In this document: piece by piece, positions 17,869 through 27,143 of the stretch
Numbering within the stretch: the first letter of the stretch is position 1
Layout: every line of letters begins with the position of its first letter
DNA from: Candidatus Taylorbacteria bacterium RIFCSPHIGHO2_01_FULL_51_15
GTDB taxonomy: Bacteria; Patescibacteriota; Minisyncoccia; Phycocordibacterales; UBA10002
Direction: 5' to 3'
Length of the DNA: 46,481 nt
NCBI GenBank assembly: GCA_001820935.1
Contig: MHRI01000003.1
Span: forward strand, 3,903-50,383
The notes under the pieces: model-generated
Databases searched by the model: none
What the model was told of the DNA's origin: nothing
Seen by the model: the letters and a program-made list of their open reading frames with translations, nothing else
Position numbers and translations under genes: made by a program

Positions 17869-20800
17869 TTAACGCCTAAGCGCTTGAAGGGAGGCGAGAA
17901 TACCCTGCAGACTCTCGAGAATACTCGCGAGCTTTGAAGAAGTGTTGGAATCAAACGCACTCGCGGTGCCTCCATACAGGGAAGAGATTTCAGAATCCGA
18001 CAGCGGGCGATTGTACACGCGCACTTCGTCAATTGCGCCGTGGAAAGCCTCACCTTGACTATCATTGCCGATGCTATTTGCCGTATAGCCGATCGCTTCG
18101 CTGTAGCGATTGGTCGCTTTGCCATCAATGTATAGTGTTGCAGTTCCGCCGTTTTTCACTACCGCTACATGGTGCCATGAATCAGTGCTGACAGGAGCAG
18201 AGTCATTGTTATTTGTGCCGAATCCGTAAAAGCGCACGACGCGAGTATCTCCCATGAAGTAGAGCCCGGCGCTCGCGTTCCCATTTACAAAGAGTCCCCC
18301 ATAGGTATCGAGCGGAGAGACTGCGTTAATCCACATCGAAATGGTGTGGGTGTTGCCGAGTGTAATGTTAGGAAGAGAGATCGCATCGTCAACGCCGTCA
18401 AAGGAGAGGGCTTGGCCGATTTTGCCTGTCGTGGAGGTCGGGCCATTTTGAAGCACGCCGTGGTTTCCACTGCCCGAAGCGTCCGTCGCCGTGCCATCGT
18501 CAAATTTCCAATGTCCAACAAGTCCCACCGAGAGGGAACTCCCACTCGAAGATCCTGAGCTTGTCGAAGGACTCCCCCCAACCACAATCGAGACGCTGTC
18601 GGAAGCGTTCTCGCCATTATCTTTGTAGCAACGGACACCGAAGCTAAGCGTCGAGGGGAGCGTGTCGGCGGAGAGGGTTGCCTTAGTGGTTACCGTGGTA
18701 GACCACTTTCCCGAACTTCCCGCTCCGACCCAATAGAGACCGCTTTCGGTTTTTGCGTTTGCGCCAAAGGCCGTACAGTAGGTGGCATTTTGCGAAGTCC
18801 ACGAGAAGGTGACGCTCGCGCCATTTGCCACAGATGCCGGCGCATCCGACCCGTCTATCTTGAAATCAACGGAAACGGGACCGGTTACAGGCACGGGGAC
18901 CACATTGGTACTGCATGTGGCGGTCGCGGACCCTGCGGCGGAACTTGCCGTTACAGAGATGTTTTTGGAGCCCGTCGTGCTGTAGGAATTCCGCAGTGAG
19001 CTTGAGTGTCTGTAGGTGCCATCCGAGGACAATTTGCTAAAGCCCGTAGTCGTCACGGAATTTATGTCTGTCCCCGTCCAGAAATAGTTGAAGGACTCGC
19101 CGTTTCCAGAATGGCTTGCCGTCCAGAGAACTTCTTTACCAACTTGAGGATTCGCCTCGCTCGGTGAGCAGGAGACGGTGAGTTGTGCAGGAGGAACTAA
19201 GTTGAAATACCCGCTCCACGCTTCATCGCTTGACGAGAATGGACCAGTTTGATCGGGGAACATATGTGCTCTGAACTTGCCATTTACTATCCCTGTATTC
19301 ACGTTTACATTGTAATACCCGAGGTACGATTCATAATTACGCGCTATCGGAAGGACGGTTCCATCTGATTTTACGAGTTCAATGACCAATTTTCTTGATA
19401 GGTCCCAACCTTCCGCCTTCCATTGAAATTTGATCACTCCATACTTACCGCTAATCACATCTCCCTCGAGTGGCGAGAGGACGGTGAGAGAGGATGCTGA
19501 TCCCGTAGAACCTGAAATGCTTACCGTCGGACCTTTTTCTGCGGTAAGAATGTAAGGTGAAATCCGAGTGCCTGAAGCGACACCAAAGACATTACTTTGT
19601 GAGGAAGAAAGTAAGGAAAGACCCCATTGATACGAATTTCCTTGAGGGGCGCCGGCACGCACGTCGCATTTAAGCAGAATATTATCAACAGTTCCACCCT
19701 TCATCAAAAACCCTCCGCCATCAAGAGTGAAGACATACTGTGTACTTAGTGCGCCGCTTGGGTTCACTGTGTTAGAGCCCGTTGTCAAACGTATTCCGCT
19801 CTTCTCTGAATACAGCGCACAGTTGCTTAGATCGGTTGCCCGAGCTCCTGTGGTATCCGTGTAATAGAGAGGAAAGGAGAGATTCACCATACGAGCATCT
19901 TCGCTTATTTGAGTTGCATCAAACTGATACTTCGTAAACAGTAATTGACTTACACCATCAGGAGTCTTGGACGAACCCGTCGCATTCAGTATTCCTATCA
20001 TCAGCTTTCCTGCTGTGTTCGGTTTGACGATGGTAAAATGAGAGTCGCTTGTATCGGATATTGAAGTCGTCCCATCCGAACCACGAATACTTATAGTGTA
20101 ACGGCCAGGAGATAGTGTACTCGGGATATTCCACACATATGAACTAGTATTTATATTTTCAGCTATAATCCCTGTGGATTTAGTGTCCACATTTTCGTAT
20201 GTGATGTGGAAGTTGGATACGCCAGCAGCTAACAATCGTATGGTATATGGTACACCAATTGTGAGCACTTCGTCCCCATTCGGGCTAGCGACAATAACTT
20301 CAATAATCTTCACATTTTGCACCTGGGTCGTAGTCACCCCTTTACAGTCAGAAACTGTTACTACTACTTTGTAAGTGCCAACTTCGGACCATGCATGACT
20401 CGCACTGAAATTCCAACCCGCACCTGTCTGATTGCACACTCTTGGAGTGGGGGCGAGAGCAGTGCCATCGCCCCAATCGACTGACCAAGCCAAGTCATCG
20501 TTGTCTGCATCTTTGGCAGTCCAGGAAAAATTAACAATCTTTTTCTTTGTTATACTTTCGGTATTGGTAACACTGGTTACAATCTCTGGTGGACGATTGG
20601 TGGTAGTATCCCACGGACGCGGCTGTGCGTTTTTAGCGGTGGAGCCGTAATACTTCACCGAAGCGGGCAGAGTGAATGTGCTATTCGAACCGGAATTTCT
20701 GCGGACGATGAAGTAAGGGGAAGTAAGGGTACTTGGGTCAACACTTGTGGCGAGGCCAATTTGCCGCCATTGTCCTTGCCAGCGATATAGTGTAGCGCTA

Positions 20801-23373
20801 GCAGAATCTAATCTATCGGGAGGATTGGAAGCAAAGAAGAAAAGCTCATCGAGACGAATGCCAGGGAATGCAGATTCCACAAAACCGTAGTCGCTTAAGT
20901 CTTTCAAGGTAATCGGTCCTTTGAAGTAGTGGTCGTTGCCGACAGTGATGGGGACGGTTTGAAGGTAAGGTCTCTCTGCTACATCCAAATAATAGAAGCG
21001 TTCAACCGTTGTCGAACCCGGATCTTCGAATTTGAGCACTCCGTTAACACCGGCTATTCCCGTACCTACATATACCCAGCTTGTCTGATCCGTTGAAGCG
21101 TAGATGTTAACGGATAGTTTCGGCTGGGTGGAAAAAGTAACGTTCCAATGACCGTTATCGAGTAGCGTCTTTGAAACAACATTTTGGGAAGGAATTATTC
21201 TCCTAACGGTAATCAACACTTTTGAAGTCGCGAATCTACCTTTGCCATCAGTAATAATATAGGTAAAACTATCATCACCTACATATCCAACTGGAGGGGT
21301 GTAGTTTATGTGCATGTCTGTTAATTGTATAGTTCCTCCCCTCTCACTTGAAGGACCAATAGAAGAGATACTGAGAGGAACTCCGCCATTTCTACTACTG
21401 GCCTGACTCTCGGGACCCACCACTTTCGCCACAAGAAGATTTGCAGTCTCGTACGTCCTCACTTCCATTGAAGTCGTGTCGCCGACTAAGGTTGAACCTC
21501 CCACATTCACACTCGCGCTGGTTTTGGCGGAGAGACCGCTTGCATCCATTACCGTAAAGACGGGCGTAAAGACACCCGAGCGGCTATAGGTGTGGGTGAA
21601 AGTGCTTGTTTGAACAAAAGAAGGTGAAATCGAGGAAGAACTTACTACGCCAGAAGACGCAGTGGAAACCTCATCACCCCACACGACTGAATACTTGAGT
21701 GAAGTGCCGTCGGGGTCATACGCTTTCACTGTCCAAGTTCCTGTCTGACCAACCTGCAAGGAAGTCGGCGCTTCAAGTCCGGAGATGACGGGAGTACCTG
21801 TTTGAGTTGCAGTGGATGTAATCTTAAAATACGAATCGCTTGAGTCGCAGATACCTGTACCCGACTGACAGACTTGCATGGTGTACGCGCCGTCTGGTGC
21901 AAGGCCATCAAAAAGGTTTGTAACCTTACCCACATGCCAGGAATACGACGACCCACTAACGCCTGTGGCAATGGGATAGGAAGTTTGCCGAACATTCGTT
22001 GTTGGATCATTGACACACGCAATTCCTATTTTGCACGGTGCAGGGTAGGGAGAAGAGTAAGGCGTGAGTGTTAGGTCATAGGATGGCGACGGAAAACCAG
22101 GCGTACAATTAACAGGAGAACTTCCTAAACAGGTGCGAAGTGGAGTATTATCTTCCCACTTAATCGTCTGTGTCGTTCCTTTTTGCCAAACTTCTCCACC
22201 ATTTGGTGAGCTGACGATTATGGAAGAAGGAGGTGTCACCGGCGGTATCTCCCTTAAATCAATTGTCCTTCGATCATCGTTTACAGTGAGAGAAGCAACC
22301 TCCTCATCACGAAGCTCTCCAGAAGAAGAAACACTTCGAATCTTAAAGGTGTACTTCCCGGGGTTACTGTTCCAGAAGGGACCGATGCCATCTTCAAGAA
22401 ACGGGTTTATTGAAATGCCACTTTCGGATACGAGATTGAGGAAGAAGATCTCCGGATCTCTTCCCCCCTCCTCTGGCGCCACAGAGACTTTTACGTCCTT
22501 TCCGTGAATTGATATGTTGGTCACAAATGGCTGCCTTTCTCCTCTTCTTGCGTCCAGGACATTTGTAATACGATAGCCGTTTGGATCGACAAACAGGTCA
22601 GCGGAGAAATACTCCGGTTGCCCACCCCCTTGCTCTCGCATCATAAACTTCACGACATACACACCAATGCTTAGATTTGGGAAATTGAATGTATCGAGGC
22701 GAACTGGCGTACCGTTTTTATACACAGCGAGAAAGAGTTCATTCGTAACCGTGCCGCTTGAATTCATCACGCGAAAGCGCGTGGCAGTGTTAGTGTCTAT
22801 AAAATTGCTTAAATTGGAGTCGCATCCATACAAAGCATTTAGCTTTGCCAGTGTGGATTTACCGACAAACCCCGTACCGCGGGTGAGGCCAGCGGGGGTC
22901 AATATTTCAGAAGCATACCGTTCCTGAAAACCAACAACAGCCGCCGCGGTGGCTTCGCCGAAGTAGCCATCATATTCAGCCTTGAGAAATCCACCCAAGC
23001 TAAGCACATACTGAAGTGCTTTGACGTCAGTCCCCTCGTCGCCGACTCGCAAAGGCTCTGTAAAGTTGTGGCAGTAACGCGCTGGGCTCGTCGGACTTGT
23101 CGAAACACCCCCGGAAGAAGAACCTCCTGATGATCCTCCTCCACCCGAAGATCCGCTACTTGATGTGGAAGGAACCGAAGGGGTTCCTCCGTTCAGAGAT
23201 ATCTCCACATTTTGCGTGACCACCTCGTCGGCTCCAAATGAACGCAGGAGCGAGAGAATCGCCTGAATTTGATCGGAGGTCAGGCCGGCAGCTTGCGCGA
23301 AAGAGAAGGTTGGTGAAAAGACGAATGCAAACGAGAGAAGACCGACGACGGCGAGTTTGGCGAGATATTTCAT
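17869..23373 (-). CDS. Giant (1834 aa) cell-surface protein: PG-binding, Ser/Thr-rich Ig-like, PKD, cadherin-like and C-terminal LamG domains
   Basis: Signal peptide; LRVGDEGTDVKALQ..DGYFGEATAAAVVGFQ; SPNGGEVW repeats; YSVVWGD and WSVDWGDG; YTPPVGYVGDDSFTYIITDG; GLVGHWKFDD..ALSFDG..GAIDEVRVYNRPLS. Confidence 0.88.
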   Translation of the reverse strand: MKYLAKLAVVGLLSFAFVFSPTFSFAQAAGLTSDQIQAILSLLRSFGADEVVTQNVEISLNGGTPSVPSTSSSGSSGGGGSSGGSSSGGVSTSPTSPARYCHNFTEPLRVGDEGTDVKALQYVLSLGGFLKAEYDGYFGEATAAAVVGFQERYASEILTPAGLTRGTGFVGKSTLAKLNALYGCDSNLSNFIDTNTATRFRVMNSSGTVTNELFLAVYKNGTPVRLDTFNFPNLSIGVYVVKFMMREQGGGQPEYFSADLFVDPNGYRITNVLDARRGERQPFVTNISIHGKDVKVSVAPEEGGRDPEIFFLNLVSESGISINPFLEDGIGPFWNSNPGKYTFKIRSVSSSGELRDEEVASLTVNDDRRTIDLREIPPVTPPSSIIVSSPNGGEVWQKGTTQTIKWEDNTPLRTCLGSSPVNCTPGFPSPSYDLTLTPYSSPYPAPCKIGIACVNDPTTNVRQTSYPIATGVSGSSYSWHVGKVTNLFDGLAPDGAYTMQVCQSGTGICDSSDSYFKITSTATQTGTPVISGLEAPTSLQVGQTGTWTVKAYDPDGTSLKYSVVWGDEVSTASSGVVSSSSISPSFVQTSTFTHTYSRSGVFTPVFTVMDASGLSAKTSASVNVGGSTLVGDTTSMEVRTYETANLLVAKVVGPESQASSRNGGVPLSISSIGPSSERGGTIQLTDMHINYTPPVGYVGDDSFTYIITDGKGRFATSKVLITVRRIIPSQNVVSKTLLDNGHWNVTFSTQPKLSVNIYASTDQTSWVYVGTGIAGVNGVLKFEDPGSTTVERFYYLDVAERPYLQTVPITVGNDHYFKGPITLKDLSDYGFVESAFPGIRLDELFFFASNPPDRLDSASATLYRWQGQWRQIGLATSVDPSTLTSPYFIVRRNSGSNSTFTLPASVKYYGSTAKNAQPRPWDTTTNRPPEIVTSVTNTESITKKKIVNFSWTAKDADNDDLAWSVDWGDGTALAPTPRVCNQTGAGWNFSASHAWSEVGTYKVVVTVSDCKGVTTTQVQNVKIIEVIVASPNGDEVLTIGVPYTIRLLAAGVSNFHITYENVDTKSTGIIAENINTSSYVWNIPSTLSPGRYTISIRGSDGTTSISDTSDSHFTIVKPNTAGKLMIGILNATGSSKTPDGVSQLLFTKYQFDATQISEDARMVNLSFPLYYTDTTGARATDLSNCALYSEKSGIRLTTGSNTVNPSGALSTQYVFTLDGGGFLMKGGTVDNILLKCDVRAGAPQGNSYQWGLSLLSSSQSNVFGVASGTRISPYILTAEKGPTVSISGSTGSASSLTVLSPLEGDVISGKYGVIKFQWKAEGWDLSRKLVIELVKSDGTVLPIARNYESYLGYYNVNVNTGIVNGKFRAHMFPDQTGPFSSSDEAWSGYFNLVPPAQLTVSCSPSEANPQVGKEVLWTASHSGNGESFNYFWTGTDINSVTTTGFSKLSSDGTYRHSSSLRNSYSTTGSKNISVTASSAAGSATATCSTNVVPVPVTGPVSVDFKIDGSDAPASVANGASVTFSWTSQNATYCTAFGANAKTESGLYWVGAGSSGKWSTTVTTKATLSADTLPSTLSFGVRCYKDNGENASDSVSIVVGGSPSTSSGSSSGSSLSVGLVGHWKFDDGTATDASGSGNHGVLQNGPTSTTGKIGQALSFDGVDDAISLPNITLGNTHTISMWINAVSPLDTYGGLFVNGNASAGLYFMGDTRVVRFYGFGTNNNDSAPVSTDSWHHVAVVKNGGTATLYIDGKATNRYSEAIGYTANSIGNDSQGEAFHGAIDEVRVYNRPLSDSEISSLYGGTASAFDSNTSSKLASILESLQGILASLQALRR

Positions 23374-23414
23374 TGAAATTAGCTAAAGTGTTAATAATAT
23401 TACCTAGGACCACG

Positions 23415-23464
23415 CACACCCCTCCACTCGAAGACTCGTGTGCTCCCCTTATTAGGGGAGAATT
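23415..23464. repeat. GC hairpin repeat module
   Basis: CCCTCCACTCGAAGACTCGTGTGCTCCCCTTATTAGGGGAGAAT; same architecture as 301-345 and 23673-23713. Confidence 0.7.
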
Positions 23465-23509
23465 AAGAAAAAAGTGCATAGGTTCTATTAGGGTTAAACG
23501 GCCACCATC

Positions 23510-23539
23510 ACAGTACCACATGCTCGAGGGGGGGGGCAA
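23510..23539 (-). promoter_or_regulatory. Putative promoter of the 1834-aa gene with a C9 tract
   Basis: Minus strand: TTGCCC, 18-nt spacer, TACTGT preceded by TG; G9 run at 23528-23536 on +. Confidence 0.45.
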
Positions 23540-23635
23540 TCTACGGTGGGTGTATAATTACCCTTGTGTAGGACTTGCCTTTGTGAAGTGTCGTGGACTT
23601 GAGGCGGCTCATAGGACGAGGGTTTTAAGGGAACA

Positions 23636-23770
23636 ACAACCCCCTGACCCCCCTTTAGTAAGAGAGAAACATCCCTCCTGCCGAAGACGGCAGTGCTCCC
23701 TTTGATAAGGGAGAAACAACCCCCCGCCGCTCCCACCCCTTCATTCATAATTCTTACTTCTTGATTCTTT
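23636..23770. repeat. Hairpin repeat cluster plus heptamer array upstream of the tRNA-like gene
   Basis: ACAACCCCC twice, CCCTCCTGCCGAAGACGGCAGTGCTCCCTTTGATAAGGGAG, then TTCATAA TTCTTAC TTCTTGA TTCTTT. Confidence 0.7.
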
Positions 23771-23778
23771 GTAGTGAC

Positions 23779-23852
23779 TGCCGGGTCGTCCAACTGGACA
23801 GGGCACCGCGGAACTGAACCGCGGGATCTAGGTTCAACTCCTAGCCCGGCGA
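23779..23852 (+). tRNA. Non-canonical tRNA-Gln(CTG)-like gene or pseudo-tRNA
   Basis: Acceptor TGCCGGG/CCCGGCG, D stem GTCC/GGGC, anticodon arm CCGCGG-AACTGAA-CCGCGG, T arm CTAGG-TTCAACT-CCTAG; lacks U33. Confidence 0.7.
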
Positions 23853-23857
23853 AACAA

Positions 23858-23962
23858 ATGAAAAATGAAATCGCAGTTTTAGGCGGAGGTTCCCCGAAGC
23901 AAAGCCGAAGACGGCTTGCCACGGGGCATGGCTTCTTCCAAAAACAGTCCAGGTATTTTTGA
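23858..23962 (+). pseudogene. Possible relic msrA 5' end disrupted by a hairpin insertion
   Basis: MKNEIAVLGGG resembles MSEVVVFGGG of the msrA just downstream, then runs into TCCCCGAAGCAAAGCCGAAGACGGCTTGCCACGGGG. Confidence 0.4.
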
Positions 23963-23972
23963 TTCCAATTTT

Positions 23973-24536
23973 ATGGGTAGTGAGAAAAAAGATATGAGCG
24001 AAGTAGTTGTGTTTGGTGGGGGCTGTTTTTGGTGCACCGAAGCCATATTTATAATGCTTCGAGGTGTTTCTCTCGTACTGCCCGGCTATGCCGGAGGCAA
24101 GGTAGAGAATCCCACGTACGAGCAGGTCTCAAGCGGCAGGACGGGACACGCGGAGGTCATTAAGATTGAATTCGATCCCCACCAAATTACGTTCCGGGAC
24201 CTCCTCACGGTATTTTTCGCCTCGCATGATCCGACAACTCTCAATCGACAAGGAAATGATGTGGGCACACAGTACCGCTCGGTCATTTTCTACACCACTC
24301 CTCGGCAGAGGGAAGAAGCCGAGAAGTTTATCAAAGAGCTGAATGCGTCGACTAAGCAGGGTAAACCGATTGTTACGGAGCTCACGCCGTTACAGAAATT
24401 TTTCGAAGCTGAAAACTATCACAAAGATTATTTCAGTACGCACCCCGGGAACCCTTACTGCGAGCTTGTGATCAATCCTAAACTCGAAAAAGTCCAGCAG
24501 AGGTTCGCCGGACTTTTGAAGACACACTCGGTATAG
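23973..24536 (+). CDS. msrA: Peptide methionine sulfoxide reductase A
   Basis: GGGCFWCTEA, GYAGG..NPTYEQV, TGHAEV, HDPTTLNRQGNDVGTQYRS, AENYH; start 23973 or 23994. Confidence 0.96.
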   Translation: MGSEKKDMSEVVVFGGGCFWCTEAIFIMLRGVSLVLPGYAGGKVENPTYEQVSSGRTGHAEVIKIEFDPHQITFRDLLTVFFASHDPTTLNRQGNDVGTQYRSVIFYTTPRQREEAEKFIKELNASTKQGKPIVTELTPLQKFFEAENYHKDYFSTHPGNPYCELVINPKLEKVQQRFAGLLKTHSV

Positions 24537-24538
24537 GC

Positions 24539-24725
24539 GTAATTATGCACACCTCCCGCCGCTCCCACCACCCCGTCTCGGAGACTCGACACCCCTCCTC
24601 GGGCAGGAGGGGATGGCGAGCCTCCCCCTATTAAAAGGGAGATAAATCCTCCGACCTCGCCGACTCGGCCACCTCCTTTAAGAAAGGAGGAATTAAGACC
24701 ATTCCTTTGGGGCGTGGAGAGTTAC
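24539..24725. mobile_element. MITE-like hairpin repeat, copy 2
   Basis: Left end GTAATTATGCACACCTCCC, right end GTGGAGAGTTAC; internal modules shared with the other copies. Confidence 0.7.
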
Positions 24726-24769
24726 AAACGTCTCGCTCGGGCGGCTTTCATATAGTATGATGATCCCTA

Positions 24770-25315
24770 ATGGCCCTTAGAGCCGTTTCTGAAAAATATC
24801 TCGCGGAGTTCGTCTATGGGGCGATTGACGGCACCGTAACCACCTTCGCGATTGTCTCGGGAGTTGTCGGTGCCAGCCTCTCTCCCTCGATCGTGCTTGT
24901 GCTCGGTCTTGCCAACGTGCTCGCTGACGGATTTTCCATGGCTTCTTCGAATTTCTTGGCGGAGCGTTCGGAGCAGGCCCTTCAGCACGGCCTTCCCGCA
25001 TCTCCTTTCGAACACAAAGCGCCGCGGAAGACAGCTTTGATCACGTTTCTCTCATTCGTTTCGGTGGGATTCATCCCGCTCCTTCCGTTCGGGCTCGCCT
25101 TTTTTCTTCCCGCCATCGTGCCGATTCAATTCGGACTTTCGATCGTACTCACGGCCTTTGCTTTCATCGGCATCGGTGCGGTGCGCGGTATCGTGACGCG
25201 GCACGAGCCGGTGCGAAGCGCGCTCGAGACGCTTCTTATCGGAGGGTGCGCCGCGCTCATCTCCTACCTCGTCGGTTACTTTCTCCGAGGTCTTGTGGGG
25301 GGCGTATCGTCATGA
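24770..25315 (+). CDS. VIT1/CCC1 family Fe/Mn transporter
   Basis: VYGAIDGTVTTFAIVSG, GLANVLADGFSMASSNFL, GFIPLLP. Confidence 0.92.
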   Translation: MALRAVSEKYLAEFVYGAIDGTVTTFAIVSGVVGASLSPSIVLVLGLANVLADGFSMASSNFLAERSEQALQHGLPASPFEHKAPRKTALITFLSFVSVGFIPLLPFGLAFFLPAIVPIQFGLSIVLTAFAFIGIGAVRGIVTRHEPVRSALETLLIGGCAALISYLVGYFLRGLVGGVSS

Positions 25316-26154
25316 AGAAATTTTCTATAGCGTTTGCTCTCTTTCTCGGTTTTCCCGCATTCGTTTTTGCCGCATCTCTCTCCATAACTCCGGAGCGGCC
25401 TCTCCAAGGGGAGCCGGTGATGATGGTGGTGGAGGGCGCGGGTATTCCTGATATTTGGAGCGCTACTTTTTCTCTGAAACCCGTGAGCTTCTTCCTCTAT
25501 CGCGGCAAACCAACCGCGCTCGTCGCGGTTGATCTCGGCGCTCGGGTAGGGGAGTATGAAGCCAAACTACGCCTCAAAAGCGGCGAGACGCTTAGAAAAA
25601 AGATCACCGTGTTTCGTCGAGAAAAAATCACCGCTCCGCTTGGCATTCCGCAAAAACTTGGAGGAAACACAAAACCGGCGCAGGACAATCTCGTCACCCT
25701 TCTCTCGAAGGAGAATATGTTGCTTGCGAAGGCGAAAACAACGTCGCTTCCTTGGTGGGGAACTCCTTTCACGTTTCCACTCGCGAAAACAGATGTGGTT
25801 GACTCATATGGCTACACTCGTCACACAGGTTCCTATTCCATTCCGCACAAAGGAGTGGATTTTCGCGCGGAGAGCGGCACTGACGTTACCGCGATAAACG
25901 CCGGGGTGGTGCGTCTCGCGCGGGAATTCGTCGTGTACGGAAAAACCGTCGTCATTGATCATGGAGGAGGTGTGTCGAGTCTTTCCCTGCACCTCTCAAA
26001 GATTCTGGTACGGGAGAGAGAGAGGGTAGCGCAAGGACAAACGATTGGGCTCTCCGGAGAGAGCGGCTACGCGCTCGGCCCGCATCTGCATCTTTCTGTG
26101 CGCGTCGGAGGCATCTCGATTGACCCCATGAAATTCTTCGAGCTTTTCGACTAA
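25312..26154 (+). CDS. M23 family metallopeptidase, secreted
   Basis: Signal peptide from ATG 25312; HKGVDF, YGKTVVIDHG, HLSK, GPHLHL, IDP. Confidence 0.9.
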   Translation: MKKFSIAFALFLGFPAFVFAASLSITPERPLQGEPVMMVVEGAGIPDIWSATFSLKPVSFFLYRGKPTALVAVDLGARVGEYEAKLRLKSGETLRKKITVFRREKITAPLGIPQKLGGNTKPAQDNLVTLLSKENMLLAKAKTTSLPWWGTPFTFPLAKTDVVDSYGYTRHTGSYSIPHKGVDFRAESGTDVTAINAGVVRLAREFVVYGKTVVIDHGGGVSSLSLHLSKILVRERERVAQGQTIGLSGESGYALGPHLHLSVRVGGISIDPMKFFELFD

Positions 26155-26227
26155 TCATCTATTTTCTAATTCGCGCGCCGTGCCCTTCCGTAGCTTTACG
26201 CGAAGGGGGGAATAAGCACATAGACAT

Positions 26228-26258
26228 AAAAAACCCGCCGTCCTGCGGAGGACGGCGG
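26228..26258 (-). terminator. Rho-independent terminator
   Basis: CCGCCGTCCT-GCGG-AGGACGGCGG with an A6 run on its left (U-tail on minus strand). Confidence 0.75.
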
Positions 26259-26285
26259 CGATGTGATCGAAATTCTCGGAAGCCC

Positions 26286-27035
26286 TCAAGACGCCGGGAC
26301 TTTCTTGTATTCGTTGATGATGTGCACAGTGGATTTCCCCGTCGCCCTCTCGATGTACTTCACCGCAAGGGCGACACGGTTTTCTGCATTGAGGTGCTGC
26401 CAATAGAACGTAGCATTCGATCCGCCCCAGTCGCACGGTATGCGTACTTCGCGCGGTTCGCCACGAAAGGCAGGGAGCGGCTTCCCATCGCCCATGTATG
26501 TGTGCACCAAGACCCCAAAACCGGGCTCAATGTGTGGGTACTCGAAGAACAGTCGTTCACACGCGTCACTCCCCCTCGCTTTTCGCAAAACGCCGATGAT
26601 CGCAAGCGGTTTTTCAAGCCCTAGCCACGCGCCAGTGATTCTCGGAGTGAAATTTGGCGCGTCGGGTTCGTACTTCCACGGCTCCTTAAGGATATCGGAG
26701 AAGCTATCTCCGCGCCACAACTGCGTACTCACAGTGCAAGTCTGTCGGCCGTTACTGACCACAAAGTTTTCTTCCTTTTCGAGCATGGCGTCATAAATGG
26801 TCAAATACGGATTCCCGGACTCTTTCGACGCATCAGCTGGCTCTGTAGAAAGTTTCCCACTTCCCGGGGAGATAAGCACTCGATTTCTACTCGGCGCGCT
26901 CCTTCCCATAAGCCAGTAAATCTGCACGAGATTCTTCCCGTCCGGCGTTACGCCGAGCACGAATCCTCTTCCAGGGTATGAGGTATTTCGAAGCACGGAT
27001 AGATTCTGTTCCGCAAGTTCTGCAAGTGGCATCAT
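26286..27035 (-). CDS. IMP cyclohydrolase-like protein (PurO-like Ntn hydrolase)
   Basis: YPGRG, YWLMGRSAPSRNR, VVSNGRQT, YEPDAPNFTPRITG, HTY, NRVAL; ORF extension to 27392 is antisense to the DUF559 gene and was dropped. Confidence 0.85.
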   Translation of the reverse strand: MMPLAELAEQNLSVLRNTSYPGRGFVLGVTPDGKNLVQIYWLMGRSAPSRNRVLISPGSGKLSTEPADASKESGNPYLTIYDAMLEKEENFVVSNGRQTCTVSTQLWRGDSFSDILKEPWKYEPDAPNFTPRITGAWLGLEKPLAIIGVLRKARGSDACERLFFEYPHIEPGFGVLVHTYMGDGKPLPAFRGEPREVRIPCDWGGSNATFYWQHLNAENRVALAVKYIERATGKSTVHIINEYKKVPAS

Positions 27036-27143
27036 AGATTCAAGAGGTCTGGTGTTTTTGTGTACGAGTGGTTTCGTACTCTGCCGACCATACTCCTCCT
27101 CGAGGTGGGTTTTGTCAAATAAAATAGAGACTATAATGATGGT

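Noticed and set aside
15534-23852. Integrative island with attL/attR in tRNA-Gln
   Set aside because: No integrase; the second tRNA-like gene is full length and its 3' end has several mismatches to the first, not an exact att duplication.
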